Shown in pieces: positions 38,761 to 50,019 of a stretch of 64,000 nt of DNA. Made by a program: the position numbers and the translations under genes. The notes beneath the pieces were generated by a model, which made no database searches, was not told the DNA's origin, and saw only the letters and a list, made by a program, of their open reading frames with translations. Position 1 is the stretch's first letter. Each line of letters starts with the position of its first letter. Source of the stretch: Amoebophrya sp. A120 (taxonomy: Eukaryota; Protista; Dinoflagellata); NCBI GenBank assembly GCA_905178155.1, contig CAJINV010000002.1, positions 10,710,709 through 10,774,708 of the forward strand, read 5' to 3'.

Positions 38761-40181
38761 ATGGGGCAGGACTCGTTGCCCTTCCGACGACGAGTCCTGC
38801 TTCGCCTGTGTGCTGTCCCCGCAACATCAAGCGGTCTTTGTTCTTTTTTGCTTACTCCTGTTTGTCTCTTCACTTTGCCCGGAGCTACTGCACTTGCGGT
38901 TGCCCGGAGAACTGCACTTGCGACTTCCGCCAAGCTGGACCCGACGGAGATTGACGAGATTAAGGTTTCCCCCGAACCCCCGAGCGTGGAGGAGGTGAGC
39001 GAGGATGTGCAGGAGCTTATCAAAGCGAAAAAAGCCCCCACCCCATATCGGAAACGGAAGATGTGCGAATTTGTGGTGCTGTATTTGAGTACACAAATCG
39101 ACTTGTATTGCTAGAAGGCCAAGAGACGAAGCTGCGGCCTAAGTTGCAGGTAATCTGTCACGCTGTTTCCCACTTCCAGTTGCCTCCTGTCATCCTGGAG
39201 CTGCAAGGCTTTCCCACGCTAGACAGCACTACAGCCCGCATCTTTTGCCTTCTAGCATCACAAAGCTGATTTGTGACCACAAATCTGCATCACAGATTTC
39301 CGTTTTGATATGGGGAGGGGGCATTTTTCATTGTAATAGAGCTGACCGCGGACCTGCACGCGGCCAAGGCAGAGAATCTGATCTTGAAAACGTCCACGGA
39401 GGTGTCCAACAAGCTCGCGGAAATCCACAAGCTGCAGGCGGAGTTCGCGACTCTGAAGAGCAAGGCCGAGCAGCTGCAGGTGGCGAACGAGCTGCAGTTC
39501 GAGAAGATTTACAAGATCGCCGAGCGAACCGAGACCGTGTACGGAGCAGAAATTAGGAAGATTGAAAAACCGCTGGCGAAAAGTTTGAAGGCCGAACAAG
39601 TAAAAGCGACCACCGCGGCGATCCGCGCGGACCGGGATGATCTCGGGAAGGTCGCCGCAGGCGTGAAGCAGCAAATCGTCGCCCGGATGAAATCTGTCGT
39701 GGAGGGGGTGAAGAAGGCCGAGGAGGCGGCAGTCGAACCGGTGGCGGCCGCGAAGAAGGAGGAGGCGCGGTCCGTCGTGGATTTCTGGGTGCGGGCGAAG
39801 AACGCGGCGAAGCAGGTCGGGGTGTTGAAGAAGACCGCGATTCGGGCGGCGAAGCAGGCGCAGCTGTACGCGTTCTACGGACGGGCGTACGACGCGAAGA
39901 TGACGCTGAATACCGCCCACGAACTGATGAAGCAGGCGGACGCGCTGAAGGTGGAGGCCATCAAGTACCAGCACGTGGCGGAACAGCTGAACGGGAACGT
40001 CGGCACCATTGCTGCCGCCGAAGCCGCGGCGAAGGCCGACGCGGGGGCGGCGGCAAACCCCTTCGGCTTCGACACGTCGGGGGCTGATGTGGCCCTGCCC
40101 GACCTGCCGTCCGCCGTGGAGTTTGCCGAAGAAGCTGCAGCCTCCGGGAGCGGTAGTGCTGCTGGGAGCGCAGCACGATAG
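38761..40181 (+). CDS. Signal-peptide, Ala/Lys/Glu-rich coiled-coil protein with one TIR intron
   Basis: Hydrophobic N-terminus; EDVQEL|TADLHAAKAENLILKTSTEVSNKL in frame after the element is removed. Confidence 0.75.
39018..39338. mobile_element. TIR introner/MITE, family C (321 bp), TSD GAGCT
   Basis: Family C TIR variant; gagct at 39013-39017 and 39339-39343; removing 326 bp restores the frame. Confidence 0.92.
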
Positions 40182-40912
40182 AGGAGGTGGTAGAGTAGAA
40201 ACGGGTGGATGAAACAAGATACTGCGTTACATCGAGCACGCTGCTCAAGGATGTTGCACTTGCATTTTTTTTTCCAGGAACAGCCCTGTGTTTGCGTTTT
40301 CCACACTAGACTACGATGACTTCTAATAGGTAAGCAGTTTGTGATGGGATGGTACCTGTGCTGTCTGTTCGTTACAACGTCGCGTGGAAAAGAAGATTTC
40401 GTTCCGTTGCAAATTTCCGCTTCGAGAGACAAAGAAGTCTGTCGGTGCGTTCTGTCTGTACAGCTCACAACCCACCTCCACAACTGGCTTGGTCGTCCTT
40501 TACCGTAAGGTTCGGTCGTTACAAAAAAACTGCTTGATTGCGCACTGTCTGTCGTGAAGTTGCATCCATTGTATCGTCCACATCGGTTTTGTTGCTGCAA
40601 TGACTGCTAAGAACATCTTTCGGTTCACGCGTGCGTTTCGTTCCTACCTTGTTGCCTCATCTCAGCAATAGAAAATTATGCGTTGAGCTTCAGGACTGTA
40701 ATGTCGGTTTCGTGCAAGCGCCGACTCGTTCTCGTCCCATGATATCAAAGAAAATCCGTCCGTCTCGTTCAAGTAGAATCGTTGACATCAGACCGAACAG
40801 CAGTAGCTAGTTTCTGATCGTCATCTTGTCAGAACCTCTTTTTTCATTTCTTACAGTGTATCTTCATACATTGGTTGTCCCTTCCCAATTTAGACGCATT
40901 ACCCTTTGACGT

Positions 40913-40963
40913 ATTGAAAGTGAATAAACAAGAACAAATTGAAAGTGAATAAACAAGAACAAA
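40913..40963. repeat. Perfect 25-bp tandem duplication upstream of the exchanger gene
   Basis: attgaaagtgaataaacaagaacaa repeated twice. Confidence 0.9.
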
Positions 40964-41014
40964 CTACTTCCGTAATTTATTTGATCACTTGCCCGGGTCA
41001 CAACAGGTGTAAGA

Positions 41015-44000
41015 ATGCCTGTTCCCGACAGCAGTGTAAATTTTTACGACTCCACGGCCGCCATGATGGAAGCCAGTGGTGCGCAGGCAAGCGGGGGAAT
41101 GGTGCCTGTGGAGAGTGTCAAACGCGTTTTGGCGGAGACCATGGACAACGCGTTGCAGTTGATCTTAAACACCGCTGTGGAGCCCCAACATCGGCACCTA
41201 ACTTCAGCAACTGCTACGACGACGGTCATCGTCACTGTGAAGCCGGCAATTTGCGAAGTCGGCGGTGAAGCAGGGATGACCGGCATTCCCTGGGGCGGCG
41301 ACAGCGAGGCTTTAAATTTCGGTATTTTTCTGCTTTCCATAGTTTTCGTGTCACTCTTCTATGCGTTTCAAAATGATTCAGAACCTTACATACATTCCTG
41401 GACAAATGGACTCGTCAAATAAAAAACTTCATCAAACTCGTCTCTCTACCACTTCAACTTCAGGCACTTACCCGCGCGCCATCGCGTACACAGCTGCGCT
41501 GGTGTGGTTGTTTTGCGGGATTGCCGTTGCGGCGGACCTGTTCATGGAGTCCATCGAGGCGATCACGTCGAGCCGCAAGATGGTGACAATCGAGATCGTG
41601 GACGCCAACGGCGAGCGCCAGGCCAAGCACGTGACGCACAAGGTGTGGAACAGCACCATTGCGAACCTGACCCTGATGGCTCTGGGTTCCTCTGCGCCGG
41701 AAATTCTGCTTTCCGTCGTGGAACTGTTCGGAAACGACTTCAAGTCCGGGGAGCTCGGGCCGTCCACGATCGTTGGGTCGGCGGCCTTCAACCTGATGGT
41801 GATCATCGGCGTCTGCGTGATGAGCATCCCGGCGGGCGAGATCCGGAAGGTGGAGTCCGTGGACCCCTACTGTGTGACCGCGTTCTTCTCGGTGTTCGCC
41901 TACCTCTGGCTGATCGTGATCCTCACCATGACCAGCCCGGACGAGGTGACGCTGGCGGAGGCGGTGATCACCTTCATGTTCTTCCCGCTGCTTGCGGTTT
42001 TGGCGTACGCGGCCGACATTGGCTACGTGAAGCCGACGGTGCTGCTGCTCGCGCTGTTCGGCGACGGCCACTCCGCGGACTCCGACGAGGACTCCATTCG
42101 CACCAAGGCCGCGGAGAAGGCGGACCAGGAGGTGTTGCTGATCAAGAAGCTGATCAACGACACCGGTGTGCTGGAGGAGCTGACGGGCGAGAGCCCGGAG
42201 GACGCGGCGAACTACGTGCTGCACTTTTTCACGCGGCAGGGCCACCACTTCGAGGAGCTGAAGCCGTCGGAGATCTTCGACGTAATCGTGCAGATGCGGC
42301 TGCGGCACGACGAGGATTCGCACGTGGACCTCACCCCGCACGACCACAACGCCGCCAACGCGAGCCACCAGGAGGCGAAGTCCACCCTGAAGGGCAAGCG
42401 GCGGTCCCGCGCGGAGCTGCGGATGGAGGCGACCAAGATGCTGACCGCCAAATCGTTGAACCCGAGGACGATCCAGGCGTCGATGATGCGCGAGCGGCTG
42501 GCGTTGTCGAAGAACATCGACGTGGTCATGTCGGAGGGCGGCAAGACGCTCGTGCAGGACTTTCACAAGGCGGCCGCGGAGAAGGGCGAGAGCGTGAGCG
42601 TGATCGACAAGAGCAAGTTCGCGAACAAGACCATCATCTTCAAGCACCCGCCCACCTTCGTGCCGCACCGGCACCAGGAAACGGAGTTCCAGAAGAAGAT
42701 TTTGTTCGAGATGGGGGCCGCGACCGATTTCGTCATCGTGCCTGCGGGGCGGAGGATGAAGGTGAAGATCCCGGTCACGCGCCAGATCCACCTGGGCAGC
42801 ACGCACATGGGCGTGCCGCAGCAGAACTTCGAGGCCCAGTTGGTGTCGTCGGTGCAGGTGACCAGCGAGGCCTACGGGTACGGGGCCTGGATGAAGGAGC
42901 TGCACAAGAAGCCGGTGGAGTTCCGCAAGAACACGGACCGGTACAACGGGAAGGTGCAGATGCTGGAGGTGAAGCTGGACGGGTCGCAGTCCGTGGGCCA
43001 GTACGTCGATTTGTTCTTCGACCGGGCGCAGATTTGGGTGGACGACAACGAGCCGCTGGAGCGCCAGCCCGAGGAGGAGTGGGACGACGACAACGACGAC
43101 CGGTGGAACAGCGTTTACGATGGTGCAGCGCAGGGGGAGGGCGAGGCGCACTACGCCCTGGAGGACGGGGAGGAGGAGGAGCACAACAACTACGACGAGG
43201 AGCAGCCTGAGGGCGAGGGGGACTACGAGCAGGACGCAGGAGGAGCGCCGGAAGACTACGACGGCGCCGAGTCCGGAGAGCACCCGGAGCACGAGGTGGA
43301 GGCCGAACCGGAGTACGCCGAGGGCGCGCACGAGATGCACGCCGTCGTGGAAGTTGGGGACGTGGAGCTCGTGTCCACAAGCTCGTGGGGTTCTTCCACC
43401 AAGCACGGCGCAGCTGCTCGTGGTCACCTTCGTGGGTCAGGCGCGGCCCGGTCTAGTACTTCCCGCCACGGAAGAACGTCTACGTCGACGAACCAAAACA
43501 AGGCTCCGCGACAGAAGCAGATGCTGAAGCAGCAGTACTACTACGAGAGCAATGCGCATCGCGCGGTCGACAACAAGCACCTGCCGACGCGGGAGAGAAC
43601 CTCGCACCACATCGCGGACGACGAGGTGATTCAGCACGACATCCCCTGCCTGGCCGTGGTGAACCACCACCCGGTGTGCCGCGTGTACGTGGTTCCGGAG
43701 GAGGAGTACGCGTTCCGCAGCGGGGAGGTTTTGTTCTGCGAGGAACAGATGATCGTGCCGGGCAGCAAGCACGAGCAGGACGTGATGACCTACGCGCTGC
43801 GCGTGCACGGGAACGCGGGCAGCTGCAAGGTGAGCTACCACACGGAGAAGGGCTCGGGGCTCCCGGGAACGGACTACGAGCCGGTGGACGGCGAGACGCT
43901 GGAGTTCGAGGAGGGGGAAACGATCGTCGAGTGCAAGCTGGGCATCAAGGGCCGCCACCCGCACGACAGCACGCCCGACTACTTCTACGTGGTGATGGAC

Positions 44001-45413
44001 AAGATCGAGCTCACCTCGCGGGACTGGGAGCTGCCGTGGCCGACCTTCGACGCGGACGCGGACGGCGGCGAGGACGCGAACGTGATGACGGTGTACGTGC
44101 TGCCCGACGGCGACCCGAACCTGTGGCGCGCGGGCCACGGCATTCTGGGGATGCTGGACCACTGCTGCGACGTGGGGCAGATTCTGACCGGGAAGAACGA
44201 GTGGGCCAACCAGTTCCTGGAGGCCTTCTACGTGGGCGGCGACCCCCAGGCCGCGGAGCACGCGGACGGCGGGGCCGTCGTGCTCCACTACGTCATGCTG
44301 CCCTGGAAGCTCCTGATGGCGTTCTCGCCCCCCTCGATGCTGTTCGGGGGGTGGCTCAGCTTCGTCACGATCTTGATCATCATCGGCGTCATGACGGCCT
44401 TCGTCGCGGACGTGGCCTCGGTGTTCGGCTGCGTGGTCGGCGTGGAGGACTCGATCACCGCCATCACCTTCGTCGCGCTCGGAACCTCGGTGCCGGACCT
44501 GTTCGCCTCTATGTCCGCCGCCAAGGAACAGGAGAACGCGGATGACGCGGTCGGCAACGTGACCGGCTCCAATTCCGTCAACGTCTTCCTGGGGCTGGGG
44601 CTCCCGATGCTGATCGGTGCGATCTACCACGAGTACCTCAAAGATCTCACGGGATACGCAGAGCTGGGCGCGGATAACAAAGCAACCGGTGTTGTGGACT
44701 ACTCCAGGAACCCGGATGGGTCTGCGAGAACGACCGTCTTTGACAAGCAGGACGGCCTGGACGTGCTTCAGTACCCGGCCGGGGCGCTGACCTTTTCCGT
44801 GATGACCTTCACCATCACCGCGATTCTATCGCTGTACCACCTGTACCAGCGGCGCTGCCAGTACGGCGGCGAGCTCGGCGGCCCGAAGGCGGCCCAGATC
44901 AGCAGCGGCACCTACCTGATCAGTCTCTGGGCGTTCTACATCGGGCTGTCCATCTGGCGCGTCAAGAACGGGGACGAGACCAAAACGTGGGAGGAAGTCG
45001 TCGCGTTCCCCCTGGGCTTCGTGCACCTCGCGATTCTGTTGTTTCTCGTGAACACGACCGTGGCCTGTTTCGCCGACACCTCCGAGGCGGACGACGCGAA
45101 AGAGGTGGCCAACGTGGACGAGGGGAAGCGGCACGCGCTGCTGCTCGCCGCCAAGGCGCACGAGCGGCGGAAGGCCGACCGGAAGATGAACAAGATTATG
45201 GAGCTGCTGGGAGGCAGCGCGGAGGACCAGGAGTCGCTGTCCAACTACAGCCAGAAACCGGTCCCGAAGCCCCGGAAGAAGGAGAGCAAGGACACGTCCC
45301 CACCGAAGCGCATCAGCACGCAGCCCACGTTCACCAAGAAAAACGCGACCAGTAAGACACAACTGATGACGAAAACAGCCAAGCAGACAAAGAAAAAAGC
45401 AAGGGAAGAATAA
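41015..45413 (+). CDS. Na+/Ca2+ exchanger (NCX/SLC8 family) with Calx-beta-like loop; GT-AG intron 41322-41463
   Basis: ADLFMESIEAITS, alpha-1 ANLTLMALGSSAPEILLS...IVGSAAFN and alpha-2 TAITFVALGTSVPDLFAS...GNVTGSNSVNVFLGLG; the 142-bp intron joins the 41015 ORF in frame; start codon uncertain. Confidence 0.93.
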
Positions 45414-45856
45414 CTGAGAAGTTGTTCTTGATGACACGGACGCGGCACGCTAGCAGTAAATTCACATACTAGAATTAACTAGACCTATTTTTTTCATATG
45501 CATTTACTTGTTTTTCTATTTCTGTTTGCTCACCTTAAGAAGCGCACTCGCAATTCTATTTCTGTTTGCACACATTCATTTTTTTTCTACCTAGAGTAGT
45601 AGGTCTTTTTGTTTTTCCGAGTACTAGTACATTAGATGATAGTTTATCAAAAGTTTACGAACAAGTTTCAACCTCATACGCGCTCCCTTCCCAAAGGGGC
45701 GTTCTTTTCAGCTCCTAAAGTAAACAGTAATTTTGCAGTTTTATCAAAAGAACTACCCGCAGTTTCAAAGTTACCGTCTCTCGAGACAAGGAGGAAATTA
45801 GAAAAAAATCACTTGATAGTTTCTACGACCCAATTTTCATATGTCAATCTTTTTTT

Positions 45857-47411
45857 TTGGTCAGCTCCTTGGTGCGTAGCCGCTTGACCTATGGCGCTGC
45901 TGCGAGGAGCTTCATGAACGACGAGTACAGTGAGTTGGAAGTTTGTGAAAACAAAATCCTGCGCTGCCTCAATGGCACAAATAAGCCACTCATGATGTTG
46001 ATGGGGGTAACAATGCCGAACCTGCGCAAGCAGATACAGCTTCCCCCCCTTCGCTCGGAGATTCTGTTCCAAAAAGCGTCGCACTTTGGGCATTTGATGC
46101 GCTCCCCCGCATCGAATCCAGCAAGAAAGGCGCTGCTGGGGCGATTTTTTCCAAAGAAAAGGAGTGATGGGGCGGGCGAGTGGTTCATGGTGGGCGCCAA
46201 ACAGCACGAAGCCACCAAGACGAAGAGACGGGAAGTTTTGGAGGAGGTTCTGACGCATTTGACGGAGGATTGTGGTATTCTTCACGACGACATTCTTCTG
46301 GTCTGCAGGGACAAGCAGCTTTACTACCGAGCAACGAGGGGCGTCTTTGTCCGGGAGTGTTTGAGGGATTGGTTTGGCAATGGGCACCTTGAAGACAATG
46401 AAGTAGAGGAGAGGGAGAAAATGCGGCTTCACCTCGAGACGAAGTACGGAATTCGACCGGGTGATAGTTTGAGAAACAGCGCGGAGCCGAGAAGCGGAGC
46501 AAGATGTGGAATTTGTAGCAAGTTCATCAACGGTGGTTATTGGAGGCATTGGAGGGAGGAGCATGGTGCAGTAGGTGCCCTGGATGACGACTGGCACTGC
46601 AGGGAGATTGAAACTAGAGGAGAAACGATTGACGCCGAACTTCGGAAGGAGCGCGAAACGCGGAAGAATAGAATCCTACAGCAGCATGGTGACACACTTC
46701 ACGAAAGGTCTACAGGGGTTTACTGGTGTGCGATTTGCAAAAAAGACTTCTCTGCGCCGATTGAAGCCATGCAGCAGCATATGTTAAAGCATGACGAAGG
46801 ACGCTTTGTAAAAATCGCCCAAGACCAGTCGTGGAAGTGGCACCCAGCTGAGGAATTCTACAACGAAAGAAGCCAGACGCAGAGTTTCCAAAACCAAGCC
46901 GGGAGGTTCAAAAAGATGATGGTGGTGCCGCCGCCAGACATGCGCTGCGAAGGCATGAAGATCTTCTGCAGAACTTGCGACACCTGGTCCACCGACTGGA
47001 ACACACGACTAACGTATGCGGAAAAGTGCGGTAGGGTCCGCAGAATGGAGAATCACGAGGAGTCCTGCGCTAAGCAGCCTAAAACAAAGCAGCGAAAAAT
47101 CGACAACAGTGCTTCCACTTCTTCCTCCTCTTCCTCCTCTTCATCTATGATACAGCACCGGGAACCCAGCAACCAACCCGCAGATGGAGATGACGTGATG
47201 AGCGGATCCAGGGGAGCAGAGGAGGATTTTTTACGAAAAGTTAAACTGGAACCGCGTGCCAAGTCAGAGGCTGGAGTTAAGAAGCAGGGGGGAAGAGGTG
47301 ATGTTGATAGTGAGGTGTGGCAAGAGGCAGCAATCTTATCAAATCTGAACAAGAAGTAGAAGAAAGCAAGCACATCTCAGAATGAAAACAGTTTTTGAAG
47401 GTATAGTAAAC
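45857..47411 (+). mobile_element. 5'-truncated non-LTR retrotransposon (LINE, RTE/L2-like ORF2 C-terminus) with C2H2-type zinc fingers
   Basis: ORF 45857-47359 starts abruptly after a T-run with SRLTYG..LEVCENKILR..LPPL..I..FGHLMR..PARKALLG, typical of the post-RT thumb region of LINE ORF2; CxxC..H...H motifs follow; 3' UTR cut by the copia insertion, true 3' end unresolved. Confidence 0.75.
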
Positions 47412-47635
47412 TGTTAGAACACTAATACCACCATGTAGGGCGGTGTACACCCTACAGCACTAGTATCCACGTAACTGTTGCATTCGGGGAAAGGAACAAG
47501 CTCATCATCATCATCATTTCGTCATCGCTCTGTACCATCGCTCTTCGCTCATGATGTGATTTCAGATCGTGGATTTCGAGTGGGATTTGCATCGTGTCAT
47601 GAGATCTACATGGTAATTTGATCTGCATGCCTACA
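47412..47635 (-). repeat. Copia 3' LTR (224 bp)
   Basis: Direct repeat of 53596-53820. Confidence 0.95.
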
Positions 47636-48030
47636 TTCCCCCTCATGACTATTCACTTGCCTACATTCCCCCTAGTGACAGGATGGAACGATATTGGAGT
47701 AGTGGATAGTCACAGAAGTATAGAACACAGGTATTGCAAAATCCTAGAAATAGACACTGTGATGCGCAAATCCACTGAATCCCGATGCTATGATGATGGT
47801 TCGCTCCAAATGCAAGCATAGATCTAGCGTCTTTGGCTCAACACGACGAGACTGCAAAAATCTCTCATGGCTACGGCACAAAGAAAAACCACGAAACTGA
47901 TGAAAAACCTCCCCCCCTCAGAAACTTGTGGAAGTTTCGGGCGCGGATGAAGGAAAATCAGACGGGCACTAGAATCCTACACAATTCCGCAGGCATGTGT
48001 AGCCTTCGAGTGTGACACGCGGAAGATGGA

Positions 48031-49956
48031 CTACGATTCGAAAATCGAAGCGGCGTAGACAGCCGGAAGACCTATCTTGCTATCATCTAAGTCAATAGAC
48101 GGGTGGGCGCACGCGTGGAAACACAGCAAAGGACTTCCCATTGGTTTGGTCAAGGGATCAGCCTTGTTCACGCCGGTGGGTACGTGCGCGATGTTTTCGA
48201 CGTGATCCTTGACTTCATGAAAACGGAGCAAGAAGTGTTTCGTCTTCTTGGTTGGTAACTCCGAGCGCGCAACTTCGATTGCAGATTTGTTGTCCACAAA
48301 GAGAATACCGGGCAGAGACTGACTTTCATCGAGCCACTCCAGATACCCCTGGGCCTGCGATAGCTTCAACGTGTCGAAGAGGGCAATGCACTCGCTCTCG
48401 CATGTTGAGTATGCACGAAGCGTCTGGCGCTTGCTAGACCAAGCGATAGGCATGCCCCTGAAAAAGAGAACGCTTCCACTGCTGCTGCGGAGGGTGACGG
48501 AACACCCAGCAAAATCTGCGTCACTGAATCCCACAAAGTCCGGGAGGGACTGTTTGGAGTTCTGCTCTTCAAGCACTTCGGTATATTGCTTGCGAAATTC
48601 TCGCTCCCGTTCCGGTGTGTACTCTAGAACGACATGAGAAGTCTGCAGCAAGTACCTGACTACGCGCTTTGCCGCTGTCACGACAGAAGCTGTAGGCTTG
48701 ACTTGGGCTCGAGCGACCCTGTTCACTGCGAACATGCAATCTGGGCGGGCCATGGTTGCAATATACTGCAGCCCTCCGATGAGGCTACGCAGCGGGTAAT
48801 CCGGCAGCGGCTTTCCTTCATCAAAGTCGGTGTAAACGCACGGCGTGGAAAGTGGCTTCCCAGCATCGATTTTGAACTTTTCCGCGAGCTTCTTGATGGC
48901 TTTCTCCAAATCAAGACGCAAGGTCTTCCGTTGCCGATCGTAACGCATACGAACGCCAAGGATATCCCGAACATCGAAAGAGCCTTCTTTCTCTGCGGGG
49001 ATAAGTTTGCCTTCGAACTTACCAAGGATACGGGCGCAGGCAGCGGACACCTCGTCGAAATTCTCGCCCGAGATGAGAGAGTCATCAACGTAGATGGCCA
49101 GCGTCAGCCCATTCTTCTTGAATAGTCCGGGTTCCTGGGGGCAGCGTTTCCAGCCGTCTTCCAGAAGATACGCGGCATACGTATCATACCACTTGCGTGG
49201 CGCGATTTTGAGTCCGTATAAGGATTTCAAAAGTCTGACTTTGTCGCCACGGGGATCCGTGCGCCAGTGTTTGGGTAAGCGAACAAAGACTCTATCCGAT
49301 TCGTCTAAGGCAGAACGGATGAACGCATTCGAGATGTCGAATTGTTCAACGAACTTAGCCGAAGCGGCGGCATCAACCAAAAGGGTGCGGGTCGCGGCAT
49401 GGGAAACGGTCGGGGAGAACACTTCGGCGCGCATGACTTTCGTCTGGCGGTTTCCGAGTGCAACAAGGCGGGCCTTGAATCTTCCGCACCGTTTGCGAGT
49501 GTAAATCACAACGGCCGGGATGATCTCGTCGTCCTTACCGAATTCGCCATCTTGTAACGGCCTCCAGCACTTAAGTGCTTCTAGCTGTGTACGCTCTAGC
49601 GTATCAGCTTCCAGCCATTTGGCGGCGTCTGGTCCTGTAAACGCCTCCACCCTGGTGACTTGTACTGTCCAACAAATCGCCTCGCCATCCTTCTCTTGAT
49701 CAAAAACTCGAGAAGCAACAAACGCACTAGCGACTTCATTTTCAAGAATTGCTTTTGCGCCATTGCCCTGGGGCTGATCTCGAAGGGGCTGCACAAGGTC
49801 CGAAGCAGTTGGCTGCTTGGGATTCCGACCGGGCTTAAGCCAGTGGGGACATTGTGCGCGAGTAAGACCATTGGGCCGTCCGCGACGGTTTCTTTTCTTG
49901 ATGGTGACGCCGTCTTTTTCCACTAACGTGTAGGGGTTGAGGTCGTCAACGATCAA
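48031..49956 (-). CDS. Copia pol: reverse transcriptase (RVT_2) and RNase H
   Basis: FKARLVALG, QFDISNAF, LLKSLYGLK, IYVDD, FSDADFAG, STCESE, DNKSA, KADPLTK. Confidence 0.95.
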   Translation of the reverse strand: MIVDDLNPYTLVEKDGVTIKKRNRRGRPNGLTRAQCPHWLKPGRNPKQPTASDLVQPLRDQPQGNGAKAILENEVASAFVASRVFDQEKDGEAICWTVQVTRVEAFTGPDAAKWLEADTLERTQLEALKCWRPLQDGEFGKDDEIIPAVVIYTRKRCGRFKARLVALGNRQTKVMRAEVFSPTVSHAATRTLLVDAAASAKFVEQFDISNAFIRSALDESDRVFVRLPKHWRTDPRGDKVRLLKSLYGLKIAPRKWYDTYAAYLLEDGWKRCPQEPGLFKKNGLTLAIYVDDSLISGENFDEVSAACARILGKFEGKLIPAEKEGSFDVRDILGVRMRYDRQRKTLRLDLEKAIKKLAEKFKIDAGKPLSTPCVYTDFDEGKPLPDYPLRSLIGGLQYIATMARPDCMFAVNRVARAQVKPTASVVTAAKRVVRYLLQTSHVVLEYTPEREREFRKQYTEVLEEQNSKQSLPDFVGFSDADFAGCSVTLRSSSGSVLFFRGMPIAWSSKRQTLRAYSTCESECIALFDTLKLSQAQGYLEWLDESQSLPGILFVDNKSAIEVARSELPTKKTKHFLLRFHEVKDHVENIAHVPTGVNKADPLTKPMGSPLLCFHACAHPSIDLDDSKIGLPAVYAASIFES

Positions 49957-50019
49957 ATTTGAAACGTCCGGCGGCGCTACCTGGGGCGCAACATGTGGGG
50001 CGACAGGAGCTGAGTTTCC

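Noticed and set aside
8663-39338. Ciliate-style TA-bounded IESs
   Set aside because: Frame restoration needs loss of both terminal TAs plus one 5-bp TSD, not retention of one TA; DNA-level excision by another route is not excluded without reads
41460-44630. Long antisense and alternative-frame ORFs over the exchanger gene (also 6294-7367 and 51958-53023)
   Set aside because: Shadow ORFs caused by high GC3 codon bias of the real CDS
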